From positions 4,256,001 through 4,320,000 of the forward strand of contig OZ219747.1 of the NCBI GenBank assembly GCA_964291265.2: a DNA stretch of 64,000 bases. The letters run 5' to 3'. The DNA comes from Alphaproteobacteria bacterium. Its GTDB lineage: Bacteria; Pseudomonadota; Alphaproteobacteria; SP197. The notes beneath the pieces are model-generated. The model had not been told where the DNA came from, made no database searches, and saw nothing but the letters and a program-made list of their open reading frames with translations. A program made the position numbers and the translations under genes. Positions 41,639 through 51,811 of the stretch are shown piece after piece. Each line of letters begins with the position of its first letter. Within the stretch, counting starts at the first letter, position 1.

Positions 41639-42627
41639 TTTGACCCTGATCTCCCATTCCCTGTTGTGTTGCCGGGATCTCCCGTGTGCTCACGATACCA
41701 TAGTGGCCCGTGCCAAGGCAGACAACGCCACCAGGGGTTGCCGGCCAGGAGCGCATGTGACCGACCTCCTTCCAGGGCAAGTCCCACGGCCGTCTTTCCG
41801 GGGAGGTAACCGTTCGGGTTCCGGTGGATCGCAGCCTTCTTCCGGGCTTTCACTGACAACGACTTCGCGCCTGCGCTGCCGTCTCGCGCATGGCCGTTCT
41901 CGACGCGGATATCTGCCCCTACCCGACGGCGGCGACGCTGTGTTGCCGCCGCGGAAGCCGCTGAACCGGCGGTCCGCGCTTGCAGGATCGGAGGCGCGCC
42001 TCGAGGAGGAACGAGATCGCGCGAACATTGCGGAGTTGCGGCGCGGAGACGGAGGCTCAAGCACCTTGTGAACTCGCTCGCGGGGCGGCTCGGCAGCTCA
42101 AGTTGACCACAACGAAAACCGCGTCGCAGGCGGTGAAAGCACTGGTCGAGTCCCGGGACGACGAGATCGCCGATCTTCAACTCAACGTGGCGCAGGGCTG
42201 CGTCAGGCCATGATCTGCCTCCGACGGAACTGCCTCGCAGACGGACATTGCGGCGACGGCCGGTGCCGCAACCTTTTGCCCCGCCCTTTCCGATAGCGTA
42301 ACTTGGCGATGGCCCGCTGCCGGGCGGCTGACCGAACAAGGAGGGCTCAGCATCACCGTTCGCGACATCGCCCCCGGAACAAGCCCTGGCGCTCGGCAGT
42401 TCGGCCTGTCGACAGAGGAATTGGTTCGCCGCCCGAAGCCACCCGAAGTCCTCGCGCGACACGGCGGAGAGAAGCACGGCAGCAAGCTCCACCCCCGGAA
42501 CGTGGCGGCTGCAGCCGCTGACGGGCGGCCGAGGATTTCGCCTGGTTGACCCGCCGATGAGACGTGCCAGGCTGCAACGCACCCCTCGGCGGCGAGTGGA
42601 CGGCGGCCGGGAAAGGGAAGGGAATTC

Positions 42628-44805
42628 GTGAACATTCAGGCGCACGACGAACTCAAGGCCAGGATCTGGGAAATCGCGAACCGGCTCAGGGGACCGTACC
42701 GGCCCCCGCAGTATCGACTGGTCATGCTGCCCCTGGTCGTCCTGCGCCGCCTTGACTGTGTCCTGGAGTCGACCAAGGAGGCCGTTCTCAACAAGCACAG
42801 GGAACTCGAGGCGCAACAGATGCCCGCAGCGGCGATGGACCGCCTGCTTGGCAAGGCCGCCGACCCGAACCGGAAACACCCCCTCTACAACACCAGTCCC
42901 TATACCTTCGCTCGACTGCTCGGCGATGCCGAGAACATCGCGCCGAACCTCGGCTCGTTCATCAGCGGCTTTTCCCCGACCGCACGACATATCTTCGAGC
43001 GCTTCAAGTTCGCCGACCAGATCGAGAAGCTCGACGACAAGAACCGTCTCTTCGAAATCGTGAAGGCGATGGCCGATGTCGATCTCCACCCCGAGCGTGT
43101 CGACAACCTGCAGATGGGCTACCTGTTCGAACACCTGGTGATGCGCTTCAACGAACAGGCCAATGAGGAGGCCGGGGATCACTTCACACCGCGCGAGGTC
43201 ATCCGCCTGATGGCGAACCTGATCTACACCGGCGAAGCGGACGTCTACAAGCCCGGCATCTACCGCACCATCTACGATCCGGCATGCGGAACGGGCGGCA
43301 TGCTTTCGGAATCCGAAAGATTGATTCTCGATCAGAACAAGCAGGCGAATCTCGCCCTCCACGGCCAGGAGTACAACGACGAATCCTGGGCGATCTGCTG
43401 CGCCGACATGCTCATCAAGGACGAGGACACGGACAATATCGTCCTCGGCGACACCCTGGGCGACGGCAAGACCGGAGACGGCTTCGAAGGCAAGCGCTTT
43501 CACTACCTGATGGCCAACCCGCCTTTCGGCGTCGAATGGAAAGACCAGAAGAACGCCGTCGAGCGCGAGTACAGGACGCTCGGCTTTTCGGGCCGGTTCG
43601 GCGCCGGTCTGCCGGCCATCAACGACGGCTCGCTGCTCTTTCTCCAGCACATGATTTCCAAGATGCACCCCTGGGAAGAGGAAGACGAGAACCGGCCCGG
43701 TTCGAAGATCGCCATCGTCTTCAACGGTTCGCCGCTGTTCTCGGGCGACGCCGGTTCGGGGCCGTCCAACATCCGCCGCTGGATCATCGAGAACGACTGG
43801 CTCGACGCCATCGTGGCGCTGCCGGATCAGCTCTTCTACAACACTGGCATCTTCACCTATGTCTGGCTGGTGACAAACCGCAAGCCGCCGATGCGACGCG
43901 GCAAGATTCAGCTCATCGACGGCACCCGCTTCTTCGAGAAGATGAAAAAGAGCCTCAACAACAAGCGCAACGAGATCTCCGAAGAACAGGTCCGCCGCCT
44001 GACCCGCGTATACGGCAACTGCCAGGACGGGGAGACAGCCGACGTGTCGGTCAATGGAGAGACCGAGACCCGCGCAATCTCCCGCATCCTCGAGAACCGG
44101 GAGTTTGGTTTTCTTAAGGTGACGGTCGAGCGCCCCTTGCGGATGCACTTCGAGGCGACACCGGAGCGGACTGCCAGGCTGGGCGATCAGACCGCGTTCG
44201 CCAATCTGGCGAAGTCGAAAAAACGCAGGGACGCCGCCGCTGCCGAGCGAGAGACCATGGCGGGGCGGAAACACCAGGACGCCATCGGCACCGTGCTCGC
44301 GACGCTCGAAGGCAACGGGCGCTACATGGACCGGGCAGTGTTCGAGACCGACGTGACGGACGCCGCCAGACAAGCTGGTCTCAAGATTCCCGCGCCGGTC
44401 ATGAAGGCGATCTTCGCGGCTCTGGACGAACGCGACCCGGGCGCCGAGATCTGCCGTGACCGCAAGGGGCGGCCTGAGCCCGACAGCGATCTCCGAGACA
44501 CCGAGAACATTCCCCTGCCGCCCGCGGCGGAATTGCCGCTGCCGATGGATTTCGGACCGAACAAGCCCAACGACCGCCTGGTCGAAGCCTTCCGGGATGA
44601 CATCGACGCCTACATGGCACGCGAAGTGCTGCCCCATGTGCCAGACGCCTGGGTGGACTACGACAAGACGAAGGTCGGCTACGAAGTCCCGTTCAACCGG
44701 CACTTCCACGTCTACAAGCCTCCGCGCCCGCTCGACGAAATCCAAGCGGACATCGCCCAGATCGAAGAGGAGATCGCCGAGTTGTTGAAGGGGTTAGCAG
44801 TATGA
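42628..44805 (+). CDS. hsdM: type I restriction-modification methyltransferase subunit
   Basis: AGDHFTPREV, YDPACGTGGML, ANPPF (m6A), FYNTGI. Confidence 0.95.
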   Translation: MNIQAHDELKARIWEIANRLRGPYRPPQYRLVMLPLVVLRRLDCVLESTKEAVLNKHRELEAQQMPAAAMDRLLGKAADPNRKHPLYNTSPYTFARLLGDAENIAPNLGSFISGFSPTARHIFERFKFADQIEKLDDKNRLFEIVKAMADVDLHPERVDNLQMGYLFEHLVMRFNEQANEEAGDHFTPREVIRLMANLIYTGEADVYKPGIYRTIYDPACGTGGMLSESERLILDQNKQANLALHGQEYNDESWAICCADMLIKDEDTDNIVLGDTLGDGKTGDGFEGKRFHYLMANPPFGVEWKDQKNAVEREYRTLGFSGRFGAGLPAINDGSLLFLQHMISKMHPWEEEDENRPGSKIAIVFNGSPLFSGDAGSGPSNIRRWIIENDWLDAIVALPDQLFYNTGIFTYVWLVTNRKPPMRRGKIQLIDGTRFFEKMKKSLNNKRNEISEEQVRRLTRVYGNCQDGETADVSVNGETETRAISRILENREFGFLKVTVERPLRMHFEATPERTARLGDQTAFANLAKSKKRRDAAAAERETMAGRKHQDAIGTVLATLEGNGRYMDRAVFETDVTDAARQAGLKIPAPVMKAIFAALDERDPGAEICRDRKGRPEPDSDLRDTENIPLPPAAELPLPMDFGPNKPNDRLVEAFRDDIDAYMAREVLPHVPDAWVDYDKTKVGYEVPFNRHFHVYKPPRPLDEIQADIAQIEEEIAELLKGLAV

Positions 44806-45944
44806 CCGGAAATTTAGCGAAGTTCTCGACCTTGCCTCTCAAGCGTCTAGTGCGTCCCATCTCACCGGGTGCAGTATCAATCAAAGGACATTTGAAAGAT
44901 TTACCAGATGAGGAGGGCTTTCCTGCTTACAGTGCCTCCGGTCAGGATGTGCGTGTGCCAGCACCGCAATTCAATGGTGAAGGACTTGTACTAAGTGCAG
45001 TGGGTGAACGGTGTGGAAAGTGCTTTTACGCATCTGGCTCATGGGGCGTGGTTGCAAATACACGGGTACTTTTCCCAACTAAATTAGCTGATGCACGATA
45101 TCTTTTTTATTTGGTCAATCAGCAGGGTTTTTGGGAGATTGATGGGACAGCGCAACCGTATGTCCGAATGTCCACATCCATGTCGCAAACCGTGCCTGCG
45201 CCCCCACTCACTACGCAACGCCGGATCGCATGGTTTCTGGATGAAAAAACGGCATGGATCGACGAGCTGATCGAGAAGAAGCGCGCTCTTTTGGACCTCT
45301 TGGCCGAAAAACGACAGGCGCTCATCGCCCGCGCCGTCACCAAGGGGGTTGAGCCAGATGCTCCCATGAAGCCATCCGGTGTCGACTGGCTCGGCGACAT
45401 TCCGATGCATTGGGATATCTTGCCTATGAATCGCGTAATTCGAATGCGGAGCGGTGATTTTTTGGCCGCATCAGACATTAACACGGATAGCAAACATCTC
45501 GTGTTTGGAGGCAATGGAATTCGCGGTACAACGGATAATTTCAACACCATTGGACCGATTGTGCTTGTTGGGAGACAGGGCGCACACTGTGGAAATATCC
45601 AACTAGCTTACGGCAAAATTTGGGTATCGGAGCATGCCTTGAGATGTTTTCCGGATAAGCAGTTCGAGGTCCGATGGTTGGCGTATATGCTCGACATGTT
45701 GAAATTGAATAGGTATTCTGTCTCCGCCGCTCAGCCCGGCCTTTCTGTTGACAATATACAGCATTTGCAAGTGGCATTTCCGCCACTTAGCGCACAACTC
45801 AATATTGCAGAACACCTAGATGAGAATTGCAACCGCATAGAAGGAATAGTGCGCGAGACACGCAGGAGTCTGAGGCTACTTGAAGAATATCGATCTGCAC
45901 TCATTACAGCCGCCGTCACGGGCCAATTGGGGAAACTGCAATGA
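44802..45944 (+). CDS. hsdS: type I R-M specificity subunit
   Basis: Two TRDs separated by PPL..QRRI..SGVDWLGDIP; C-terminal SALITAAVTG; lower GC. Confidence 0.93.
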   Translation: MTGNLAKFSTLPLKRLVRPISPGAVSIKGHLKDLPDEEGFPAYSASGQDVRVPAPQFNGEGLVLSAVGERCGKCFYASGSWGVVANTRVLFPTKLADARYLFYLVNQQGFWEIDGTAQPYVRMSTSMSQTVPAPPLTTQRRIAWFLDEKTAWIDELIEKKRALLDLLAEKRQALIARAVTKGVEPDAPMKPSGVDWLGDIPMHWDILPMNRVIRMRSGDFLAASDINTDSKHLVFGGNGIRGTTDNFNTIGPIVLVGRQGAHCGNIQLAYGKIWVSEHALRCFPDKQFEVRWLAYMLDMLKLNRYSVSAAQPGLSVDNIQHLQVAFPPLSAQLNIAEHLDENCNRIEGIVRETRRSLRLLEEYRSALITAAVTGQLGKLQ

Positions 45945-46059
45945 TCTCGGGTAGTCGTCCAACCCTGACGGTGCTGGTTCATTCAGGTGCGCGTTTATGT
46001 CAAGTATTCATCTGGGATCCTGCTGAGCGCATGATCTCCATGGCAAGTGACGCTCAGAC

Positions 46060-47217
46060 ATGACCAGGGTAGCTGTCAGTCCGGAGGTTCTTTGCTGGGC
46101 TCGGGAGCGTGCCGGGTTCAGCTTGGCAGACCTCGAAGGCAGGTTCCCGAGGTTGGCCGAGTGGGAGAGTGCGTCGATCCAGCCCACGATGCGCCAGCTG
46201 CAGGACTTCGCCACGAAGACGCGGGCGCCGTACGGTTTTCTTTTTCTGCCGGAGCCGCCGACGTTGAGATTGCCGTTCGCTGACTTTCGCACGGTGGAAA
46301 GTCAGCGGTCGGAAGGCTTCAGCCCGGAGTTGATGGACACCGTTCACCTCATGCGGCGGCGGCAGGCCTGGTTTCGTGAAGAACGGCTGGAAGCGAAAGC
46401 ATCACCGGTGGGCGTCGTCGGTGCCGCGTCGCTTTCGGATGCCCCAGAGGCCATCGGCCTCGAGATGCGGCGGATGCTTGGTCTGGTTGATGGCTGGGCC
46501 CGGTGGGTGCCCAACTGGACGGCAGCCGTGGGCGAATTGCGCAGAACCATCGAGTCCCTTGGCGTGATGGCGGTCATCAACGGCGTTGTCGGCAACAATG
46601 CTCATCGCAAGCTGGATGTGAACGAGTTTCGCGGCTTTGCCCTGAGCGACCCCCATGCCCCCCTGATATTCGTCAATGGAGCCGACGCCAAGTCCGCCCA
46701 GATGTTCACCCTCGCGCACGAATTGACACACTTGTGGCTGGGCGATGCGGGCGAGGGCCTGTCCGGCTTCAAGGGGCTGCAACCGGACAATGGAGCGGTA
46801 GAGCGATTTTGCAACCGGGCGGCGGCCGAGTTCCTCGTGCCTGCCGCCGAAATGCAGGCCGCCTGGCGCGGGGTTGACGGGGGCGAAGCGCCGCTGGAGT
46901 ATCTGGCCAGGCACTTCAAGGTGAGCCCAGTGGTGATCGGGCGCCGCGCAGTGGATCTGGATTTGATGGGGCGTAACGAGTTTCTCAGTTTTTACCATGA
47001 CTACACTCAGCGCGAACACCGAAAAAGGCAAACGGGAAAGAACAGGGGAAATTTCTACAATAACCAGGACAACCGCGTGGGCCGCCTGTTTGCTTCTCAC
47101 CTGATCCGGGCTGCTAAGGAGGGGCGTATCGGCTTCAAGGAGGCCTACGAGCTGACCGGGCTGCATGCCGGTACGTTCCAGAGATATGCCCGCAAGCTTG
47201 GAATCACGCTACCGTGA
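46060..47217 (+). CDS. XRE-HTH fused ImmA/IrrE-family Zn metallopeptidase
   Basis: N-terminal WARERAG..LAEWE..PT..QL HTH; FTLAHELTH (HExxH); E.FCN..AAEFLVP. Confidence 0.88.
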   Translation: MTRVAVSPEVLCWARERAGFSLADLEGRFPRLAEWESASIQPTMRQLQDFATKTRAPYGFLFLPEPPTLRLPFADFRTVESQRSEGFSPELMDTVHLMRRRQAWFREERLEAKASPVGVVGAASLSDAPEAIGLEMRRMLGLVDGWARWVPNWTAAVGELRRTIESLGVMAVINGVVGNNAHRKLDVNEFRGFALSDPHAPLIFVNGADAKSAQMFTLAHELTHLWLGDAGEGLSGFKGLQPDNGAVERFCNRAAAEFLVPAAEMQAAWRGVDGGEAPLEYLARHFKVSPVVIGRRAVDLDLMGRNEFLSFYHDYTQREHRKRQTGKNRGNFYNNQDNRVGRLFASHLIRAAKEGRIGFKEAYELTGLHAGTFQRYARKLGITLP

Positions 47218-47738
47218 GTTCGACGTCCGACTACCTCATCGATTCCGACGTGCTTATCACGGCGAAGAATCGATACTATGCCTTTCCGATTTGTCCGGGA
47301 TTCTGGGACAGCGTCCTCTACGGCCATTCGCTCGAACGCATTCACAGCATTGATCGGGTCAAGCAGGAATTGCTCCTCGGACGCAGCGACGATGACTTGG
47401 TGCGGTGGGTCAGTCAGTCCGTGCCGGAAGGCTTTTTTCTCAGCAGCGACGCTGGCACGGTCGTCTCTGCCTTTACCCGCGTCATGCTCTGGGTGACGCG
47501 CCACGCGCAGTATTACGACGAGGCGAAGGCCAAATTCGCCAGCGGCGCGGATGGCTGGCTGGTCGCTCACGGCATGGCGGGTGGGAAGACCGTCGTCACC
47601 AATGAGCAGCCACGCTCGGAGTCGCGCAACCAGATCAAGTTGCCCGATGTCTGCAATGCCTTCTCCGTCGATTTCGAGGACACGTTCGCCATGCTCCATG
47701 CGCTGGACATCCAATACCGCTTTTCGCCGGGTCTGTGA
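47214..47738 (+). CDS. DUF4411 family PIN-like protein
   Basis: YLIDSDVLI, FW, VKQEL, ADGWLVA, VVTNE, KLPDVC; GTGA overlap with the peptidase. Confidence 0.8.
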   Translation: MSSTSDYLIDSDVLITAKNRYYAFPICPGFWDSVLYGHSLERIHSIDRVKQELLLGRSDDDLVRWVSQSVPEGFFLSSDAGTVVSAFTRVMLWVTRHAQYYDEAKAKFASGADGWLVAHGMAGGKTVVTNEQPRSESRNQIKLPDVCNAFSVDFEDTFAMLHALDIQYRFSPGL

Positions 47739-47741
47739 GCG

Positions 47742-50700
47742 ATGCCCGCGCATACCGAACGTGATTTCGAGAAGGCGATCGAGGCTGGACTGATCGGCGC
47801 GGGCGGCTACCTGAAGCGCCGCCCGGATACCTATGACGAGGCGCTTGCCCTCTTTCCCGATGACGTCACGGGTTTCCTGCAAGGCAGCCAGCCGGCCAGG
47901 TGGCAGGCCCTGGAAAGGCTGCTCGGATCGAAGACCGCCGCGACAGTGCTGGATAACCTGTCGAAGGAACTGGAACTCAAGGGTACGCTGCATGTCCTGC
48001 GCCATGGCTTCAAGTCCTACGGCAAGACCCTGCGCATGGCCTGGTTCCGTCCCAACACCTACATGAACCCCGAAGCGGCGAAGAACTACGCCAGCAACCG
48101 GCTCACCGTGACGCGTCAGGTCGCCTTCACCTCGGTCATGAAGGGGGCCGACGGCAGGAACCGCCGCTGCGTCGTCGACGTGACGCTGGCTGTCAACGGT
48201 ATCCCGGTGGTCACCGTCGAACTCAAGAACCCGCTGACCGGACAGCGCGCCGCCGATGCGGTCCGCCAGTACCGGGATGATCGCGACGGGCGTGACCTGC
48301 TCTTCGCCTTCAAGAAACGTGCCCTGGTCCACTTTGCCGTGGACCCGGACGAGGCGTGGATGACGACCCGGCTTGAGGACAAGGAGACCCGTTTCCTGCC
48401 CTTCAACCGGGGGAACGACCACGGAGCGGGCAACCCGCCGGTCGAGGACGACTGGAAGACCCATTATCTGTGGGACGAGGTGCTGCAGGCCAACAGCCTG
48501 CTCGAAATCCTGCAACGCTTCATGCACCTGGAAGTGAAGACAATACAGGTCAAGACCGACCAGGGCGCGCGCACCCTGCGGCAGGAGGCGATGATCTTTC
48601 CGCGCTATCACCAGCTCGACGCGGTGCGGAAAGTCGTCCAACACGCCAGGGCCAACGGCGCCGGCCGGAACTACCTGATCCAGCATTCGGCGGGGTCCGG
48701 CAAATCGAACTCCATTGCCTGGCTCGCGCACCGACTGGCCAGCCTGCACGACGAACACGACGAGAAGGTGTTTCACTCCGTCGTGGTCGTGACCGACCGG
48801 CGTGTGCTCGATCAGCAGCTGCAGGACACGATCTACCAGTTCGAGCACAAGGCCGGCGTGGTCGAGAAGATCGACGAGGACACCCGCCAGCTTGCCCGCG
48901 CGCTGTCGCAAGGCACGCCCATCGTCATCACCACGATCCAGAAGTTCCCTTTCCTTTCGCAGGCCCTCTCGACCCTTGAACAGCAAGGCGTCGGCGTGAC
49001 GATCGACACGGCGGGCAAGCGCTTCGCCGTCATCGTCGACGAGGCGCACTCGTCCCAGAGCGGCGAGACCGCGACAACCCTCAGGGGCATGCTGAACAAG
49101 GACGGGATCGAAGCCGCCATCGCCGCGCAACTTTCCGACGAAGAGGACAACGACCTCTCCGACGAGGCGAAGGCGGCCGTGATGCGTGATGCGCTGAAAC
49201 GCGCTCGGCAACCGAACTTGAGCTTCTTCGCCTTCACGGCCACGCCGAAATTCAAGACCAAGGCCCTGTTCGACGAGCCCGGCCCCACCGGCGCGTCACC
49301 TTTCCACGAATACACCATGCGGCAGGCCATCGAGGAAGGCTTCATCCTGGATGTGCTGGCGAACTACACGACCTACAAGCGATTCTTCGGCCTGATCAAG
49401 CAGATCGAGAACGATCCCGACGTGCCGCGCAGGCAGGCCGCAAAGGTCCTCGCCCGCTATCTGGAACTGCATCCGGTCAATGTGGAGCAGGTCGTTTCCG
49501 TCATCGTCGAGCATTTCCGGCTCAACGTGATGCATGAGCTCGGCGGGCGCGCGAAGGCGATGGTGGTGACCGGCGCCCGCCTTGCCGCCGTGAGATACAA
49601 GCTTGCCTTCGACCGCTACATTGCAGAGCAAGGCTACACTGGCATCCGATCGCTCGTGGCTTTCTCGGGGACAGTAGCAGACCCGGACGCCCCCGGATCG
49701 TCGTATACCGAAGTGACGATGAACAAGGGACTTGCCGAAAGCGAACTCCCGCAAGCCTTTGGACACGACGACTACCGGGTGCTGCTGGTCGCGGAGAAGT
49801 ACCAGACCGGCTTCGACCAGCCGCTGTTGCAGACCATGTACGTGGTGAAGCGCCTGGCCGGGGTTCAAGCGGTCCAGACCCTCTCGCGGCTCAACCGCAT
49901 CGCGCCCGGCAAGTCACGCACCTTCGTTCTCGACTTTGCCAACGAGGACGACGAGATCCGCAAGGCGTTCAAGCCCTACTACGAGACCACGCCCGTCGGC
50001 GAGAACGCCGATCCACAGCGCCTGTCGGAGCTGCAGCACCGTCTGCTTGAACAGGCGATCTTCACACCGGCCGATGTGACGGCGTTTGCCGATGTCTGGT
50101 ATCGCGCCAGGCGCGACCACCCGGCGCGCGATCATCGCAGGATGAACGCCATCCTTGATGCGGTCGTTCAGCGCTTCCGGGACCGCGAGGAAGAGGAACG
50201 GGAAGCGTTCCGCGGCCAGTTGAAGGCCTATCGCAACCTTTACGCCTTCCTGTCGCAGATCATTCCTTATCAGGACAGCGATCTCGAACGGCTCTACACC
50301 TTCGTGCGAAACCTGCTGGCGAAGCTTCCGCCGCCGGGCGACGGCCGTGTCCTTGTCCTGGATGACGAGGTGGCGCTGAAGTACTTCCGGATTCAGCAGA
50401 TGTCCGAGCGCTCCATCGACCTCTCGGAAGGAGACGCTGCTCCCCTGAAGGGACCGACAGACGTCGGCACTGCGGGTGTCAAGGACGAAGAGGTGACGCT
50501 TTCGAGCCTGATCGAGCGTCTCAACGAGCGCTTCGGCACGGACTTCACCGAGGCAGACCAGTTGTTCTTCGACCAGATACGGGCTTCGGCGGAGGACAAC
50601 GAGGAGATCGCGGAAGCCGCCCGCGCCAACAGTTTCGCGGACTTCGCCGCTTATCTGGATCACATCCTGAACGACCTGTTCATCGAGCGAATGGAGGGCA

Positions 50701-50828
50701 ACGAGGCGATTTTCTCCAAGGTGATGACGGATGCCGCGTTCCGTGCCGCCGCACATAAACACCTGGCTCTCGAAGTCTTCCAGAGGACGCGCGAGAGGCA
50801 AGCTGCCGTGCAGTCAGGATTTCCGTGA
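47742..50828 (+). CDS. hsdR: type I restriction endonuclease subunit R
   Basis: D..NGIPVVTVELKN nuclease motif, HSAGSGKS, DEAH, FTATP, TGFDQP, QTLSRLNR. Confidence 0.95.
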   Translation: MPAHTERDFEKAIEAGLIGAGGYLKRRPDTYDEALALFPDDVTGFLQGSQPARWQALERLLGSKTAATVLDNLSKELELKGTLHVLRHGFKSYGKTLRMAWFRPNTYMNPEAAKNYASNRLTVTRQVAFTSVMKGADGRNRRCVVDVTLAVNGIPVVTVELKNPLTGQRAADAVRQYRDDRDGRDLLFAFKKRALVHFAVDPDEAWMTTRLEDKETRFLPFNRGNDHGAGNPPVEDDWKTHYLWDEVLQANSLLEILQRFMHLEVKTIQVKTDQGARTLRQEAMIFPRYHQLDAVRKVVQHARANGAGRNYLIQHSAGSGKSNSIAWLAHRLASLHDEHDEKVFHSVVVVTDRRVLDQQLQDTIYQFEHKAGVVEKIDEDTRQLARALSQGTPIVITTIQKFPFLSQALSTLEQQGVGVTIDTAGKRFAVIVDEAHSSQSGETATTLRGMLNKDGIEAAIAAQLSDEEDNDLSDEAKAAVMRDALKRARQPNLSFFAFTATPKFKTKALFDEPGPTGASPFHEYTMRQAIEEGFILDVLANYTTYKRFFGLIKQIENDPDVPRRQAAKVLARYLELHPVNVEQVVSVIVEHFRLNVMHELGGRAKAMVVTGARLAAVRYKLAFDRYIAEQGYTGIRSLVAFSGTVADPDAPGSSYTEVTMNKGLAESELPQAFGHDDYRVLLVAEKYQTGFDQPLLQTMYVVKRLAGVQAVQTLSRLNRIAPGKSRTFVLDFANEDDEIRKAFKPYYETTPVGENADPQRLSELQHRLLEQAIFTPADVTAFADVWYRARRDHPARDHRRMNAILDAVVQRFRDREEEEREAFRGQLKAYRNLYAFLSQIIPYQDSDLERLYTFVRNLLAKLPPPGDGRVLVLDDEVALKYFRIQQMSERSIDLSEGDAAPLKGPTDVGTAGVKDEEVTLSSLIERLNERFGTDFTEADQLFFDQIRASAEDNEEIAEAARANSFADFAAYLDHILNDLFIERMEGNEAIFSKVMTDAAFRAAAHKHLALEVFQRTRERQAAVQSGFP

Positions 50829-51028
50829 ACCGGGACCCTATCATGCCTCGGCGCGGTTCTTCTCGACCCTTGGACGATCCGTTCCTGTGGCGCTCTTGCT
50901 GCAGGCAGGTTGGCAAGACGCGATCGCATCAGACCCTCGGACAGCCCAAGGGGAATCGACGGAATTGTCGTCAGACACTGCGAAACGGGGACCGGAGGAC
51001 GGATCGCAGCGGACGCGCCCTTGCAGGG

Positions 51029-51721
51029 TCACGAAGCGGTTCCGCGAAATTCCCTTGCCACGACGTAGATCTCCGAAGACTGCTGGCGGCTGGCCTCCGG
51101 CTTGACGTGATGAACCCGCACGAAGTCGCGTCGCAGGACGGAAAGCAGGGCCTTTCCGGCGCCGCCGCGCAGGACCTTCACGACAAGGCAGCCTCCGGGA
51201 GCCAGCACCGTTGTCGCGAAGGCTGCAGCCTCCTCGGCAAGGGCCTGGGTCCGCAGGTGATCCGTGGAACGATGCCCCGTGGATGGCGCGGCCATGTCCG
51301 AGAGGACGAGATTGGCCGTGCCATCGAGTGCCTCGAGCACGGCGTCTCGGGTTTGCCTGTCACGGATGTCGCCGACAACGATCGTCACACCGACGAGACT
51401 CTCCATTTCCAGCACGTCCACCGCGACCAGGGGCGCACCTGCAATCCGGCTGGCGGCAACCTGGGACCAGCCGCCGGGCGCGGCGCCGAGGTCGACCACC
51501 CGGGTTCCGGGACCGAGGAGGGAGAAACGCTCATCGAGCTGAAGCAGCTTGTATGCCGCCCGCGACCGCCATCCCTCGCGTCGGGCGCCATCGGTCCAGA
51601 TATCGTTGACTTGGCGTTCCAGCCACCGGATGGACGACGGACTGCGCCCGGCGCTCTTCTTCAGTCCCTGCTTCAGGCGGCGGCCCTGCGGGCGCGTCAC
51701 CTTCCTGCGGCCCAACGTCAC
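51029..51721 (-). CDS. rlmE: 23S rRNA (uridine-2'-O)-methyltransferase RlmE
   Basis: RSRAAYKL, DLGAAPGGWSQ, SDMA, KP.ASR..S.E.Y; start uncertain. Confidence 0.93.
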   Translation of the reverse strand: MTLGRRKVTRPQGRRLKQGLKKSAGRSPSSIRWLERQVNDIWTDGARREGWRSRAAYKLLQLDERFSLLGPGTRVVDLGAAPGGWSQVAASRIAGAPLVAVDVLEMESLVGVTIVVGDIRDRQTRDAVLEALDGTANLVLSDMAAPSTGHRSTDHLRTQALAEEAAAFATTVLAPGGCLVVKVLRGGAGKALLSVLRRDFVRVHHVKPEASRQQSSEIYVVAREFRGTAS

Positions 51722-51766
51722 CCCCGGCTGGCGCGGCGGCGGGAGCCTCCCGGAGAGTCGTTGCTG

Positions 51767-51796
51767 TTGACACTCCCCGCTCGCCTCATCTAGCGT
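51767..51796 (+). promoter_or_regulatory. sigma70-type promoter of tRNA-Gln
   Basis: TTGACA-18 nt-TAGCGT, 15 nt before the tRNA. Confidence 0.5.
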
Positions 51797-51811
51797 CGCC
51801 ACATCCCCTGC

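Noticed and set aside
41596-44745. 1049-aa minus-strand ORF (and similar long ORFs at 9407-11221, 47145-49211, 12882-14486)
   Set aside because: Antisense shadows of clear genes caused by high-GC codon bias; no recognisable motifs.
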